Shown: positions 51,648 to 63,076 of the stretch, one piece after another | Numbering within the stretch: the stretch's first letter is position 1 | How the letters are laid out: every line of letters starts with the position of its first letter | Assembly (NCBI GenBank): GCA_965113315.1 | Contig: OZ220363.1 | DNA: 64,000 bases | Source of the DNA: Podarcis vaucheri | Taxonomy: Eukaryota | Reading direction: 5' to 3' (one strand) | Notes under the pieces: generated by a model | Told to the model about the DNA's origin: nothing | Database searches by the model: none | What the model saw: the letters and a program-made list of their open reading frames with translations, nothing else | Position numbers and translations under genes: made by a program

Positions 51648-51852
51648 TAGGACTGCCATATTTCAAACAGTGAAAATCCGGACAGAAAAGTTGTTGAGCT
51701 TTTGTTGCTGTTTGGCCAAAGTTGTTGAGCTTTTTGGGCTGCTACCAAACATCCGGATTTTCCTGGACATTTACCCAATTTCCATCTCGACACTGCTGCC
51801 GACTGCAGTATTTCGTATATCTTCAGGAAAATCCAGATATATGGCAACTCTA
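51648..51852. mobile_element. hAT (Blackjack-like) MITE
   Basis: TAGGACTGCCATAT / ATATGGCAACTCTA TIRs, subterminal TCCGGA repeats, TSD AACTACAT/AACTGCAT. Confidence 0.75.
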
Positions 51853-52399
51853 AACTGCATTAAACTTTTCTTGTTGCATTCAGATAAAATGTTCGTTGAA
51901 GCAATGTTATTTTTAGGTTTTCCTGCTGGAGCAACAGACATTTACTATACTGTGTAGTGGCCTGCTGATGAAAAACAGAGCTGCAAGAGCAAAGGTAGGG
52001 GAGAGTAATAATTCCAAGGACTGGAATGTAAATGCCTCACAGAATCCTCCTTGGAAACGTACCCTGGAATTATCCATGCTAAGTCTCCCAAATGTGTGTG
52101 CTGCTCTGATCTCAAAGTCTGAATGGCTCAGAAATCGGCCTCTATTTTATTTATTTTCAGTATTATTGATATAAACAAAAGCAGGGGAAATACATGCACT
52201 TGGAAGATGTGAAGCAGTAGGTCACAGTGGAGTCCTGTGGTACCTTTCAGGTTAATTTATTAGTGCAGGATTTTTTATAAGGCAGCAAAAAGGCTTGCAT
52301 CTGCTGAAAGGGTAAGGTCTGGCTTACCAGAAGTAATGATGCCATTCATGAAGTACTGTGAAATCCTATGCATGTTTACTTGAAAGTAAATCCCACTGT

Positions 52400-52466
52400 T
52401 CTGGTCTGCTCTGGTCCATAGGGTCACGAAGAGTTGGACACGACTAAACGACTAAACAACAACAAC
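52400..52466 (+). mobile_element. RTE-BovB 3' end, 5'-truncated
   Basis: GGGTCACGAAGAGTTGGACACGACTAA..(CAA)n; 12-bp TSD AAATCCCACTGT. Confidence 0.85.
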
Positions 52467-52677
52467 AAATCCCACTGTATCTCATGTAAATGGGTGCACA
52501 GAATTGCTGTTTTACTCTTTTAAGGCACCTGAGAATACTCTTTTGGCTTTGAAACTGAACAGTGTTTTAAAATGAAACCCTCTTGCAATGTGTATCTTGT
52601 GGTTGGGGAGTTAGAAAACAGTTCAGAAATCTTTAAGATGACTTTAAGGACACTGCCATAACTGCAGCTTTCAAAGC

Positions 52678-52913
52678 TAGATTCAGGTAGTTGTTGGTCT
52701 GACGCAGTCGAAATATATATTAAAAAAAATAAAGAAATTGTTCAGTAGTACCTTAGAGACCAACTAAGTTTGTTCTTGGTACAGTATAAGCTTTTGTGTG
52801 CATGCACGGTATCTGAAGAAGTGTGCATGCACACGAAAGCTTATACCAAGAACAAACTTAGTTGGTCTCTGAGGTGCTACTGGACAATTTCTTAATTTTT
52901 TTAATATATTTTG
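52678..52913. mobile_element. Penelope-like retroelement remnant (inverted terminal repeats)
   Basis: ~90-bp inverted arms; 12-bp flanking direct repeat AGCTTTCAAAGC (52666-52677, 52914-52925); contains hammerhead motif. Confidence 0.75.
52808..52847 (+). ncRNA. Minimal type I hammerhead ribozyme motif
   Basis: GGTAT-CTGAAGA-A-GTGTG(CATG)CACAC-GAAA-GC-TT-ATACC: stem I, CUGANGA, stem II, GAAA, palindromic AGCU in place of helix III. Confidence 0.7.
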
Positions 52914-53256
52914 AGCTTTCAAAGCATTTTATATTATTCTTGAACAAAACAAGGTGCTGACGGTTTGTATCACCTTTCCTGAATACAAAATGACCTCATC
53001 TGATTATATTCACAAGTGTTTCTCCCTTACTATAAGGATTTTAAAAACTGCTCTTTAAAGGAAAAATAGTGACTTAAAATCACAAAGAATCACCCAGCCT
53101 TGCTCCAGGAAGCTTCTGCAGCTGTTTTAAGTAGAGACCTTTGTATGCAGGTGTACATTGGGTTTGAATCTCATTCCATTCAAAGTACAGGCAATGATGA
53201 GACAAACAAATAGGAAAGATGATTTCATAGGACAGTGTTATGGGTTCACTCTGTGG

Positions 53257-53438
53257 TAGAGGTTCTTTACCTTTTTTGGGATCACAGACCCCTTCAAGAA
53301 TCTGAAGAAAGCTGTGCACATAAACACACACAAAGCTTTGCATACAATTTATGTATGCATCGGAAAAATCTTGTATGTGTGTGCCGAGTTTATGGATCCT
53401 CTGAAGCCCATTAATGGATCCCAGATTAATAAACCCTC
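53257..53438. mobile_element. Old hAT-Charlie MITE (Charlie4z-like, from recall)
   Basis: ATCACAGACCCCTTCAAGAATCTGAAGAAAGCT...TTTGCATACAATTT...CTGAAGCCCAT..ATGGATCCCAG. Confidence 0.55.
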
Positions 53439-54527
53439 ATTTTATGGCCAAAAACAGGGACTGCAACACCAGATTCACAAGAACCTTCCTGGAGAGACTT
53501 GACTGGTTGAGATGGAGCAATGCATCACTCTTTACATTCTTTTGATGAATATAGTAACACCAAACAAACAGGGCTTCTATAGATTGTAATTTTTATATTG
53601 TTATACAGTACAGGAAAAATGAAAAGGGATTTAAAAAATAGCTCTTATGGTATTTACTTCCAATATGCATATTTTATTTTTTTTTTGTAGATATTAGAAT
53701 TCAGATGCTAATGTCTCTAGGGATCTTCTTAGCTAGAATTGAGCTTTGCAGCAGCACAGCACCTAAGTTGATTAGTAGCTAAAGGGGCCATGACTCTTGT
53801 TAATACAGAGCCATTGTGACATCAGAGTAGATCAGCCAATGACACTGAGAGGGAGGCAACCTTTGAGGGGAGCAGCAGAGAGAAAGGGGGGGGGAGCACA
53901 ATTTGGAAGAAGATCCAGCAACTCTAAGGCTCAGTACAAAAGTTAAAAGACTGGTGGTTTTTTGAGCCTTGTGATGAGAGGGTCTTTTTATGCTTGAGTG
54001 CAGAATGCTAGGAACAAAGACACATTTATAGACCTCTGTGAGAGGAAAGCCTTGTTACTAGGCCCTCTAGTTAAAAAAAAATGAGAAGATTGTATGCTTA
54101 CTGAGACAGAGGTAGAGCATAACAAACAATAAATATTGCGCAAAGAAAAATTGCTCTCAATCATTAACCTCACAGGTGATGGTATGGGAGTTATTTGCGA
54201 GCAGAAGCTATAATGATGATGATGATGATGATGGCGGCTTTCCAAAAAACAATTTATTCCAAAAGGAGGGAGAAAGAGATGTTTAAAAAAAAAACACCAG
54301 TTGCATGCATGTGAAGTTAAGATTGGAGCCTAGCATTTCAGCCAGTTCAAAACTTCAGAAGCAGATGTACAAAACTGTACCATTAGCTCCATAAGTGTAC
54401 AGAATTATGCAATAGAAGACATCCACTATATTCTGTGGCACCATGGAGAATGGGCAATGAGGACCTTGCTGACTTTTCAAAGGCACACGCTCCTGTGTAA
54501 ACCTACAGGTGAGGATAGTTTGTCTTA

Positions 54528-54723
54528 GGTTACATCCACACTGTACATTTAAAGCGCTCTTATACCACTATAACAGTCATGGCTTTCTGCAAAGAATCCT
54601 GGGAACTGTAGTTAGTTAAGGGTGCAGAGAATTGTATCTCTCGGGGGGGGGGGAGCGTCTCTTAACAACTCTCAGCACCCTAAACAAACTACAGATCCTA
54701 AGGTTCTTTGCAGGAAGCCATGA
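54528..54723. mobile_element. Hairpin MITE-like element
   Basis: ~58-bp inverted arms 54577-54635 / 54665-54723. Confidence 0.6.
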
Positions 54724-54834
54724 GTGAGTGACGTTACTGAATGGGCCACTAATTTCTTTGTTTCTCTCTATGGACTAATAACAGCGCTCCTTAGTAGAAA
54801 AAGATAAAAGAGAAGCCAGAGATACTATGTAGAT

Positions 54835-54970
54835 CAGTGATGGCCAAACTTGGCACTCCAGCTGTTTTGGGACTACAACTCCCATCATCCCTAGCTAACA
54901 GGACCAGTGGTCAGGGATGATGGGAACTGTATTCCCAAAACAGCTGGAGGGCCAAGTTTGGTCATCACTG
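54835..54970. mobile_element. 136-bp near-perfect hairpin hAT MITE
   Basis: CAGTGATGGCCAAACTTGG / CCAAGTTTGGTCATCACTG; perfect 8-bp TSD ATGTAGAT. Confidence 0.9.
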
Positions 54971-55400
54971 ATGTAGATCCTAGTGTTTCATATGCTGCTT
55001 ATTTCTGCACATCATATCTGAAAAGAAAATTGTTGTTCAAGGCAATCTTGAATAACTAGCAACTTTTCTCTAGAGTTGCTCTCTGGAGAGTATTACAACA
55101 GTGCCTTGGACCCAAGTCCTGGGTGGAATCTACACACACATAAAAAATGCTGTGAAAATGTTGTTGTTTTTTTAAATGTTTTGGGGAAATATTTTGAATT
55201 TTTCATAGCTCATCACCGCCATCTATTGTGACATTTGTATATTGTACTTTACAACACACTTAAAACATTTTATTTGCAGCTATATAGCGGAGTCTCTGGT
55301 CTTGTTCTGCCAACCCCTAAAACTTAGTGATGATTTACTATACAAGAACAAGAATAAGCTAGCCCATTTTCATACTGGCACTTTATTCATTGTGGTTCTT

Positions 55401-55598
55401 ACTATTTTATAAAATATTTCAGGAACATAACAGTTGCACTCAGAAATGTATTATTTCTGCTATTATTTTGTAGTACAAGATAACAAAGGCCTTTCTGCAA
55501 CTATTTTATCAAATATTTCAGGAACATAACAGTTGCACTCAGAAATGTATTATTTCTGCTATTATTTTGTAGTGCAAGATAACAAAGGCCTTTCTGCA
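55401..55598. repeat. 99-bp tandem duplication
   Basis: 55401-55499 and 55500-55598 differ at about 2 positions. Confidence 0.92.
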
Positions 55599-58516
55599 GA
55601 AGGCAATTTCTGTTCGTGACATACATTTTTAGTTCACTTCAGCAGCACTGACAAAAGGTGAACTGCCATTCTTGCAGTTAATGCAAGAACTTCCCTATTT
55701 GCAAGTTCAAATATTACCCAGTTACAGAAGGAGGGCCTTGGCTGCAACTTCTGAATCCCCAGAGAAACATTGGAAACGTTTTTAACTGAGATAAGGTTTA
55801 TTCAAGAAAGAACAGGACCTCCTTTTTCCCAGAATAAACATAAGATGCATTTTCATTAATGAACTCACCACTTAAATGTTGAGGGTGCTAGTTGACTAAA
55901 GTTATACTCTGAATAGACATTCACTGAAATCAATGGGCAAGTATCTACACTACAACTTCATTGGATATCATCCTGAAGGCTAAAACAAAAGGACAAGATT
56001 TATGGGTTCTAAAAAAATACTGATATTACTAGGTACCATTTAAAACTAGATTGTCAGCTTTCAGAAGGGGACATGGCTTAGCAAGGCAGAAAATGGCTGT
56101 TTGACTTCAGTGCCTGGAACCATTTTCATCATTCAGGAGCTTCAGGGAATTACCATAATCTCCCCAGGGCATGTGTCTCTGAAATTAAGGAATGACAGTA
56201 AACCAAACCTGTCAAAAACGGGTGGATTTCTCCTATTTTTTCCACCTGCAGAAGAAAGACAGGCTGAACACCGAGTCTTTGTCTAAGGCCAAGTCCAATA
56301 AGTTGCCTGCTCAAGCTGCTGTTGCTCAGAGATAGAAGGAAGGAGACTACAACTTGCAGCTTGGTTGTTCTTCATGAGGGAAATAGTAAAAGAAACATGA
56401 AAGCAATTAATGACTCCAATGGAAGGGACAGCTGACAGAGATTAATGTGCATCTGAAACTTTGACTGAGACTGCAAAAGAAATAGGGCAGATGCATGCAA
56501 AGCAAATTTGTTGATTGCAAGGAGATTACAAAAAGAAAAGGGAGAGGAGGCCGAAAAATCAGGAGAGACGTGTGAATCTTATATTTATGTGGCTTTCAGG
56601 AAAATGTGGAGCATGAGAATATGTTTACTTTGCCCAAGCCCAAGAAGGGTTCCTTTCCCCAGAATGTGGTATCGTGTTTTGGCAGACACCATAACAAAAT
56701 AATATGGAAGAAGCTAAGGGACACTCAAGACATATCCCATTACAGATGGCCTATCATGGTGCTATAAGATCCAGTCCCCCCAAAACTTAGAAAGTATCAC
56801 TGTCTAAAACCTTTTTACAAGAAAGCTGCAGGAGGCAGGGATCCACCACAGATTGGGGTTCCCAATCAAACTGGTTCTCATGAGGGTTGTAACGTCATTA
56901 ATCGCAAGGAATCACTGCAAAACTATAGAGTTGCTGGAAACGCTGTACAGTATCTGGAACTCCCTGCAGAAATAACTATGGATGACCCCTAGGATCAGGA
57001 AATAAGGAATTAGAAGAACCCAGATGCTGTATGGGAAGAAGTGTCTGGAAACTGGCATTCCAGGAGAATGGCTCCATATATACCCCAGCATTTATTCCTG
57101 GTCAATCCGTGTTCACACTTATCAAGGTTTCACTGAGCACCTGTGGAAATCTATAGCAGTGACTCCATTTTACCACCTACACACTATTTCTGCTAAATGT
57201 CTCTGCTGTTTTATTTAGTAATGGTGCTTTGCCACCGTCGCTTCCCCTTCAGAGTGAGTGCATTAATAAGAAGGGCACATGTTTCAGTTGACTAGACATG
57301 TGCCTTGTCTCTCTCCTTGTAGGCACTCAGCTATGCAAAGCTGAAAACAAAAAGGTAGCTAGAGAGGTAGGGTTGTTTAAGGAAATAACATTGCAACCTG
57401 TGTGCCTCAAACTAATAATGTGGAAACGGTATTAATCACAACAAGGAAAACAGTTCATATAGAAGAACTGGATGAACCACTTTCTGGAGATGTCTGCCTA
57501 ACAGCAGGATTTAATGGCTATGAGAAAACCCTATAATAGGTGTGCAGGGAGAGGGAGGCAGGACAAGGTAGGCCTGGTTTACTCAGGCATCTCCATCAAC
57601 TGATTTCTGTACATTTGACTGGCCACTGACCAGGTGAATTAACTCCATGGAAAATAACTGCATTTAAGGGTATGAACATTCTCTTGTGTAAGTGTATGAC
57701 AGCCCATTTCCACCCAACAGTCAAGTCTGTTCCTTGCTTTTGCAGTCATGGTGATGAACCTCACGTATTATTCAACCCCTAGTCACGTCAGGCAAACTGA
57801 AACCACATATTTTGAATAAAGTCAACCTAACTTCCCAATAGAGATAGCAATACTAATAGAATAAGAACAGCTTGATTTTTCACCCGGGAGGTTTTTAAAT
57901 AAACATTTGGCAGGAGAATGTTTTGTGTAATTTGTTCTACTGTATCTACCTTCCAGACAGGTGTCAAAGCAAGGCTCAATGAAAGGATGTAGGCCTTGGT
58001 TGAATCTTAAGGAAAGCTTCTTAAGTGTTCAAGTAAAGCAGTAGCCACCTAGAAGGGAACCAGTGGCCTTCTAGATGTTGAACTCCTAACTCCCATCAGT
58101 TTCAGCCAGCATGGCCATTGATCAGGGATGGTGGGAGCTGAACTTCAGCACCATCTGAAAGGACACAATTTGGGCACACGCCGGGCATGGAAAATCTTTG
58201 CCGCAGGCCAAGGCAAAAATCTATACGGTCACAGAATCTGGTGCTTCTACTTCACAGCATGAAGAAAACTGAAGAAAACTCTTCTTGTGGAAATTTTAAG
58301 AGAGTAGAACTCTGACCATTCCTTAGCCTTCTGGCTGGGATTAACTACATATTGTATTTTTAATGTGTACTCTTCTCTCTAGCCTACAGTGCACACACAA
58401 GAACTTACTTATTGTAGGTCTTTATCTCCCAAATTTGTACCCCTCAGAAAAGCAAAGGACAGTCTTTTGGTCTTGAGAATGTCTGCTCCTGAATTTTAAT
58501 CCTGAATATTTTCAGA

Positions 58517-58610
58517 AGGGTAGCCACGTCAGTCTCTTGCAGCAAAAGCAACCAGAAGTCTTGTAGCGCCTTAAATACTGTACTAATTTCTTCGTTAGCC
58601 TTCAAGGGGT
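58517..58610. mobile_element. Degenerate Penelope-like terminal fragment
   Basis: GGTAGCC..GTC..GCAG..TAGCGCCTTAAA.AC layout parallels the left arm of 52678-52913. Confidence 0.45.
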
Positions 58611-58639
58611 CACACTGCTCCTTTGTCGTGCAGACCTTC

Positions 58640-60200
58640 AGGATGTCCTTGAGAGACCAGAGGCCAAACGTGGATGTCAAAATTATGCGAAACGGGTTGC
58701 AAGGAATTATAGTTGTGGCCAATATTTTATGCGGGATGCTACCGGACGTGCTAAGGCAACGGCCGGGTAAAATCATGGCCCGTTAGGCCTCCGAGCGCTC
58801 CTCGATTTGAGCGCCCGCCGCAGCGTATTGCCTGGGGCCGCGCTTGAATCGAAAGGGTCTGAAAGACACCCGGCCTGCGCCAAGCCAGCTGCAAGTCTCC
58901 CCTGGGCCTCCAGAGGGCGGCCTCGGGCGACTAACTTTCTTCTCTCTGTGTGTGTCTATGTACAAAGCAGGCTTCCCTCGAGGGGCGGCTGTTGCTTTAA
59001 GCTGGCCCTGGAGCGAGCGGAGAGGGGAAGCCAGAAGCTGCGCGGCGGGCCCCGGAGGTCCTTTCCCCCTGCGGAGAAACAAAACCACCTACGGGCGGCA
59101 ACAGCAGCAGGAGGAAGAAGGAGGAGGAGAGCGTGTGCGAGTTTCGGATCCGCTCGGCTCCCGCCTTAAGCGCCCCGCATTGAATCAGCGCGTGGAGCTC
59201 GAGAGCTCCTCGGCTGCGCTTGCCTCGGGCACTTGCGCGACGCTGCTTCTCCGCCTTGGATCGCAAGCAGAGGAAGAAGAAAAGCGCTGACAGATAAAGG
59301 CAGCAAGCCGCCGCCGCCACCCCCCACCCCTGCGCCGCCGCCGCCGCTCCGCGTTGACAGGCAGCGGGAGCAACAGCAGCGGCCGCGGCAGCCCTCCCTG
59401 CACGCGCGCGCGCAACACACACAAGACACACACACACACACTCACTCAGGACACACACCGAGAGAGCCCGCCAGCCCTGGAGGAGGAAGGCAAGCCAGGA
59501 GCGGAGGGCAGCGGGGCCAAGCCGCAGCCCATGAACTAAGGAAGGGCCGCCGCTTCTCTGCACGGGCAATCATGTGGGTCTGTTTGTAAGAGGGGTTGGG
59601 GGGCCAGATCCCCTCTCTTCGCCTCCCCCCCTCGCTCTCCCTCCCCTCCCCCTAGCACAGGCGGCCACACACACACACACACCCCGACCGGGAGGAGGAG
59701 GCGGCGGCGAGGGAGCCGCAGAGGCCGCTGGAATAATAAGAGAATTGATTGTGAAAAAGGAAAGCAGAAGAAATATTTCCTGGCAAGATGGCCGACTTGG
59801 AGGCTGTGCTCGCCGATGTGAGCTACTTGATGGCTATGGAGAAAAGTAAATCCACTCCGGCAGCCCGGGCCAGCAAGAAGATCGTGCTACCTGAGCCGAG
59901 GTGAGCCCGGCAAGGGGGGCAGGCGGAGGGGGCAGGTGCGGCGCCGGGGCCCCGCGCGAGGCGCGCCGGGCTTAGGATGGGCGCTGGGCGTTTGTGTACG
60001 CGAGCGAGCGCATAAATGGGTCTGTATATGACTGAGCTTCGCTCTTCTGAAATGCACCGAGCCGACTTGCCCTTGGCCCAAGCAGCAGGGTCCGTGATCT
60101 ACCCCGTCCATGTAGCGGGGTGGAGTGGGGTGGAAAGAGGGCTCGCTAAAGCGGCGTCTTTCCGTGTACGTGGTTGTGTTGATATAGTGTGGGCATGATG
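58640..60200 (+). promoter_or_regulatory. CpG island promoter / 5' UTR of GRK2
   Basis: CpG-dense, GCC-repeat-rich, spans ATG exon. Confidence 0.88.
59788..59900 (+). CDS. GRK2: GRK2 (beta-adrenergic receptor kinase 1) first coding exon; gene continues past the window
   Basis: gcaagATGg; [39 protein letters not shown]|gtgag; 113 bp. Peptide fits GRK2 or GRK3; GRK2 chosen by synteny with KDM2A. Confidence 0.92.
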
Positions 60201-62947
60201 ATGGATTGTCAGGGTGTCCTGTCTCTGCTTCCTAATTCTTCATTCGGCTGCTCAGATCCTTGGAGATCATTCCCCCAGCACCTCTCGCAGTAGCAAACCC
60301 CCTCCTTCTGTCTTTTTCCCTACCCACACGTCACAATTCCACCCACCCCAACACAAACACACATAGTGATTCTCTCTGTGTATGTGTAATATGCAATTGT
60401 GTTAACCACAGCAGAAAAGCAGGCTAGTAAATCAGGCTGTATATATGCCTATATAGTGCTTTTTTCTGAGCAGTCCAGCAACTGTCTTGCTGGGTGTTAT
60501 GAGGAGCATACAGCTTGGCTCTGGCCGTGCCTGGAGTCGGCCTCAAGATGCCCTAACCACTGTCTTCTCTTTTGGGTGGGTGGTTTGTTTGTTTTTGTTT
60601 TTGAAAATCTGTCTGTACAGACCTGTTCAGTCCAGCGCTGTGTCTTGGTAATGTGCTGTTAGATAGCGACCAGGCCTTTGCCCACCTTGCAGCTGCTCTG
60701 AGTTGAAGCAGGAACTGGGGCTGCACAAACAACGTTGCAAGCGTGCGCAAATGCAGTGCAAGGTCACCATCGTGCAGATAAGGGGAAATGTCTTGGGCAG
60801 GGGCTCTGCTTCATGTAAGGGCATTTTCTTGCTGGGAGACACAAGTGGGAGCATTAAGTCAAAAAATCTGACTGGTCATCCAGGTGGGTCAAAGGTGCTA
60901 TGGTTTTGGCCAACCAACCCTTAACTCTGCTTCCTGGCAGCAGTTACCAAGGGCAACAGGGTGGGGCCTGACAAGCATCCTGCACCTTCAGCACATGGGC
61001 AAATGGAGGCCTTCCTCGCTCTCCTTTCTTCCCTTCCACCTCCCATGTGACATCTGGCTTACCCTACCCTTCCCTGTTCTAGCCAATAACCTTGGGTTGT
61101 CCCCATTGTAGGAGAAGTCTCTTCAAGCAGAACTGCTCCCCTGCCACTGAAGGCAGGGCGGAGGGTCTCTGAGAAAGCTCCAATGGGCCCCTTTCCGCAA
61201 GAAATGGCAAGCGGCCCTTTCAGAGGATGATGCAGATGTGTTACCATGGCGATGCCTGAAAGCCTCAGCAGCCTCTGTGCTCTTTCCCCCCCCCCACAGG
61301 GTTGCTGGTTTCGGTATGGAAGTGCCCACATGGGAACTTTGGGTGAAGTTCCATAGCCTTTGGAGGAAATAATTTTGGGATGCATAGTGACGGTCCAGAG
61401 AGCAGCCCCTTCACTTGCATCACATCTCAGCTAATAGTTGCTCACTGGCAACCCCCTGCCTGCCTGAGTCACATCCCTGAGTCCAGTTTAAGATAACTGT
61501 CTTGGGGTGGCAGAATTTAAGCCATCGTTTGCCCTTCTGCCCCTCCCTCATCACTTTCTGCACTACTTGTAATGACAGTGTAACTGCTGCTGCCTTCTCC
61601 TCCTTTCCTCTTCCTCAAAGTACACCAGGGAGGCCTTCAATTCTCCCAGCTCAATAGCCATCTATTTTGGGGGCAGGAGAGGGAGTAGAGGAGTGAAAGG
61701 CAATATTGACAATATATCTACACGTAGGAGGTACTTGTGAAATTTGGCTTTTAGGAAATTGAGCATTTTATCTGTTAAAGAGCTGGGGAGAGCTAAGGGG
61801 TCAGATTACCAATTAGGGAAGCAAGACTATGCCCTAGAAGAAGACTAAGGATTAAGAGGCGTACATGGAGGTCTTGCTGTGATCACAGCACAGGGGTCTT
61901 ATCGATAGCTTACTGATAGGCAGAAATAAGGTAGCTGGAATGGTAAGGAAAGCATGGGGAGGAGTGTCAAGGATATGTACAGAATTGCATTTGTTTTGGA
62001 TTCAAGACACCTGCTGAAAACAAGCATTAGAGACTGCTTCTTCCCATTAGCTAGGGAGGATCAGATACATCTCTTCTGCACATCTCACTGTGGGAACTTT
62101 GCTGGGGGACTTCTAAAGTGTGGCCCCATAAATTTTGCCCGGGAAGCTGATTTGGAGCAGGAGGAGAACAGGGTAATTCCAGAACAGGTTAATTCAGGCA
62201 GAAGCTGAAGAAATTCTTAGTTCCCCTAATCTGAATGCGTAATAACATGTAGACCTTTTGGTACAGCCCAATAGAAATCACATGGAGGAGGAAACTGGGT
62301 TTGGGTGATGAGCAGAGTGTGTGTTTTACATTAAAATATGTAAGTCAATATATTTGCATATTTATTTTTTGCATAATTTGCTCTGTTCCTAGCAGTCATG
62401 CGAGGCGGTGCAGGGAAGCAGTGCAGGGCACAGAATCCCCACCTCTTGACCACTAGAAATTTGACTCGTCCTCCCTCTGGCCTTGCACACATATACTGTT
62501 GTAGATCAAAAATACAAGAAACTTGCTTTTTTTTAATGAAAAGCAAGATTTGGGGGACCAAGTATAATTTATTTCCTTGCCTTGCATGATACCATCTTGG
62601 CACAGCATGCATAGTCGTGTTCACAAATCACATTACCTTGCTTCTCAGAGACAGAGCATTCACTCTCAGACACTCCATAGGAAGGTGAGGCTTAACAGAA
62701 ACCACAAGCAGTGTGGCCCTAGCATACGTTATCTTTCATCATTGTTGCTTTGCTGGTGGTTGACCTAACAGCTTCCGTGTGTGTGTCTGTCTTGAAACAT
62801 AAGGGACATATAAATCACACCCTTGGAGCCTAGGTGGTGCCTCCATTTTTTTTTCATGGGCTATCTATTGGAATTGGGACAAAAATGCAGATACATCCTC
62901 AGGAAGTTGTCCAGGATTGGAACAATAGAAGGATGGAGATTCTAAAG

Positions 62948-63076
62948 CAGTGGTGAGGAACCTAGCGCCCCCCAGATGTTGATGTACTCCAAATCCCATC
63001 AATTCCAGCTGGCACAGCCAATGGTCTGGGAGTTGTAGTCCAGCAACATCTGGAGGAGCACACCACCCCATCCCTG
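62948..63076. mobile_element. Hairpin hAT MITE, same group, in GRK2 intron 1
   Basis: CCAGATGTTG / CAACATCTGG arms, CAG..CTG ends. Confidence 0.65.

Noticed and set aside
58444-59589. Divergent or overlapping ORFs in the GRK2 island (110-190 aa)
   Set aside because: GC artefacts; the 110-aa ORF runs through a repeat remnant
59788-59900. GRK3 assignment
   Set aside because: Exon alone is ambiguous (KKIVLPEP is intermediate), but adjacency to KDM2A favours GRK2
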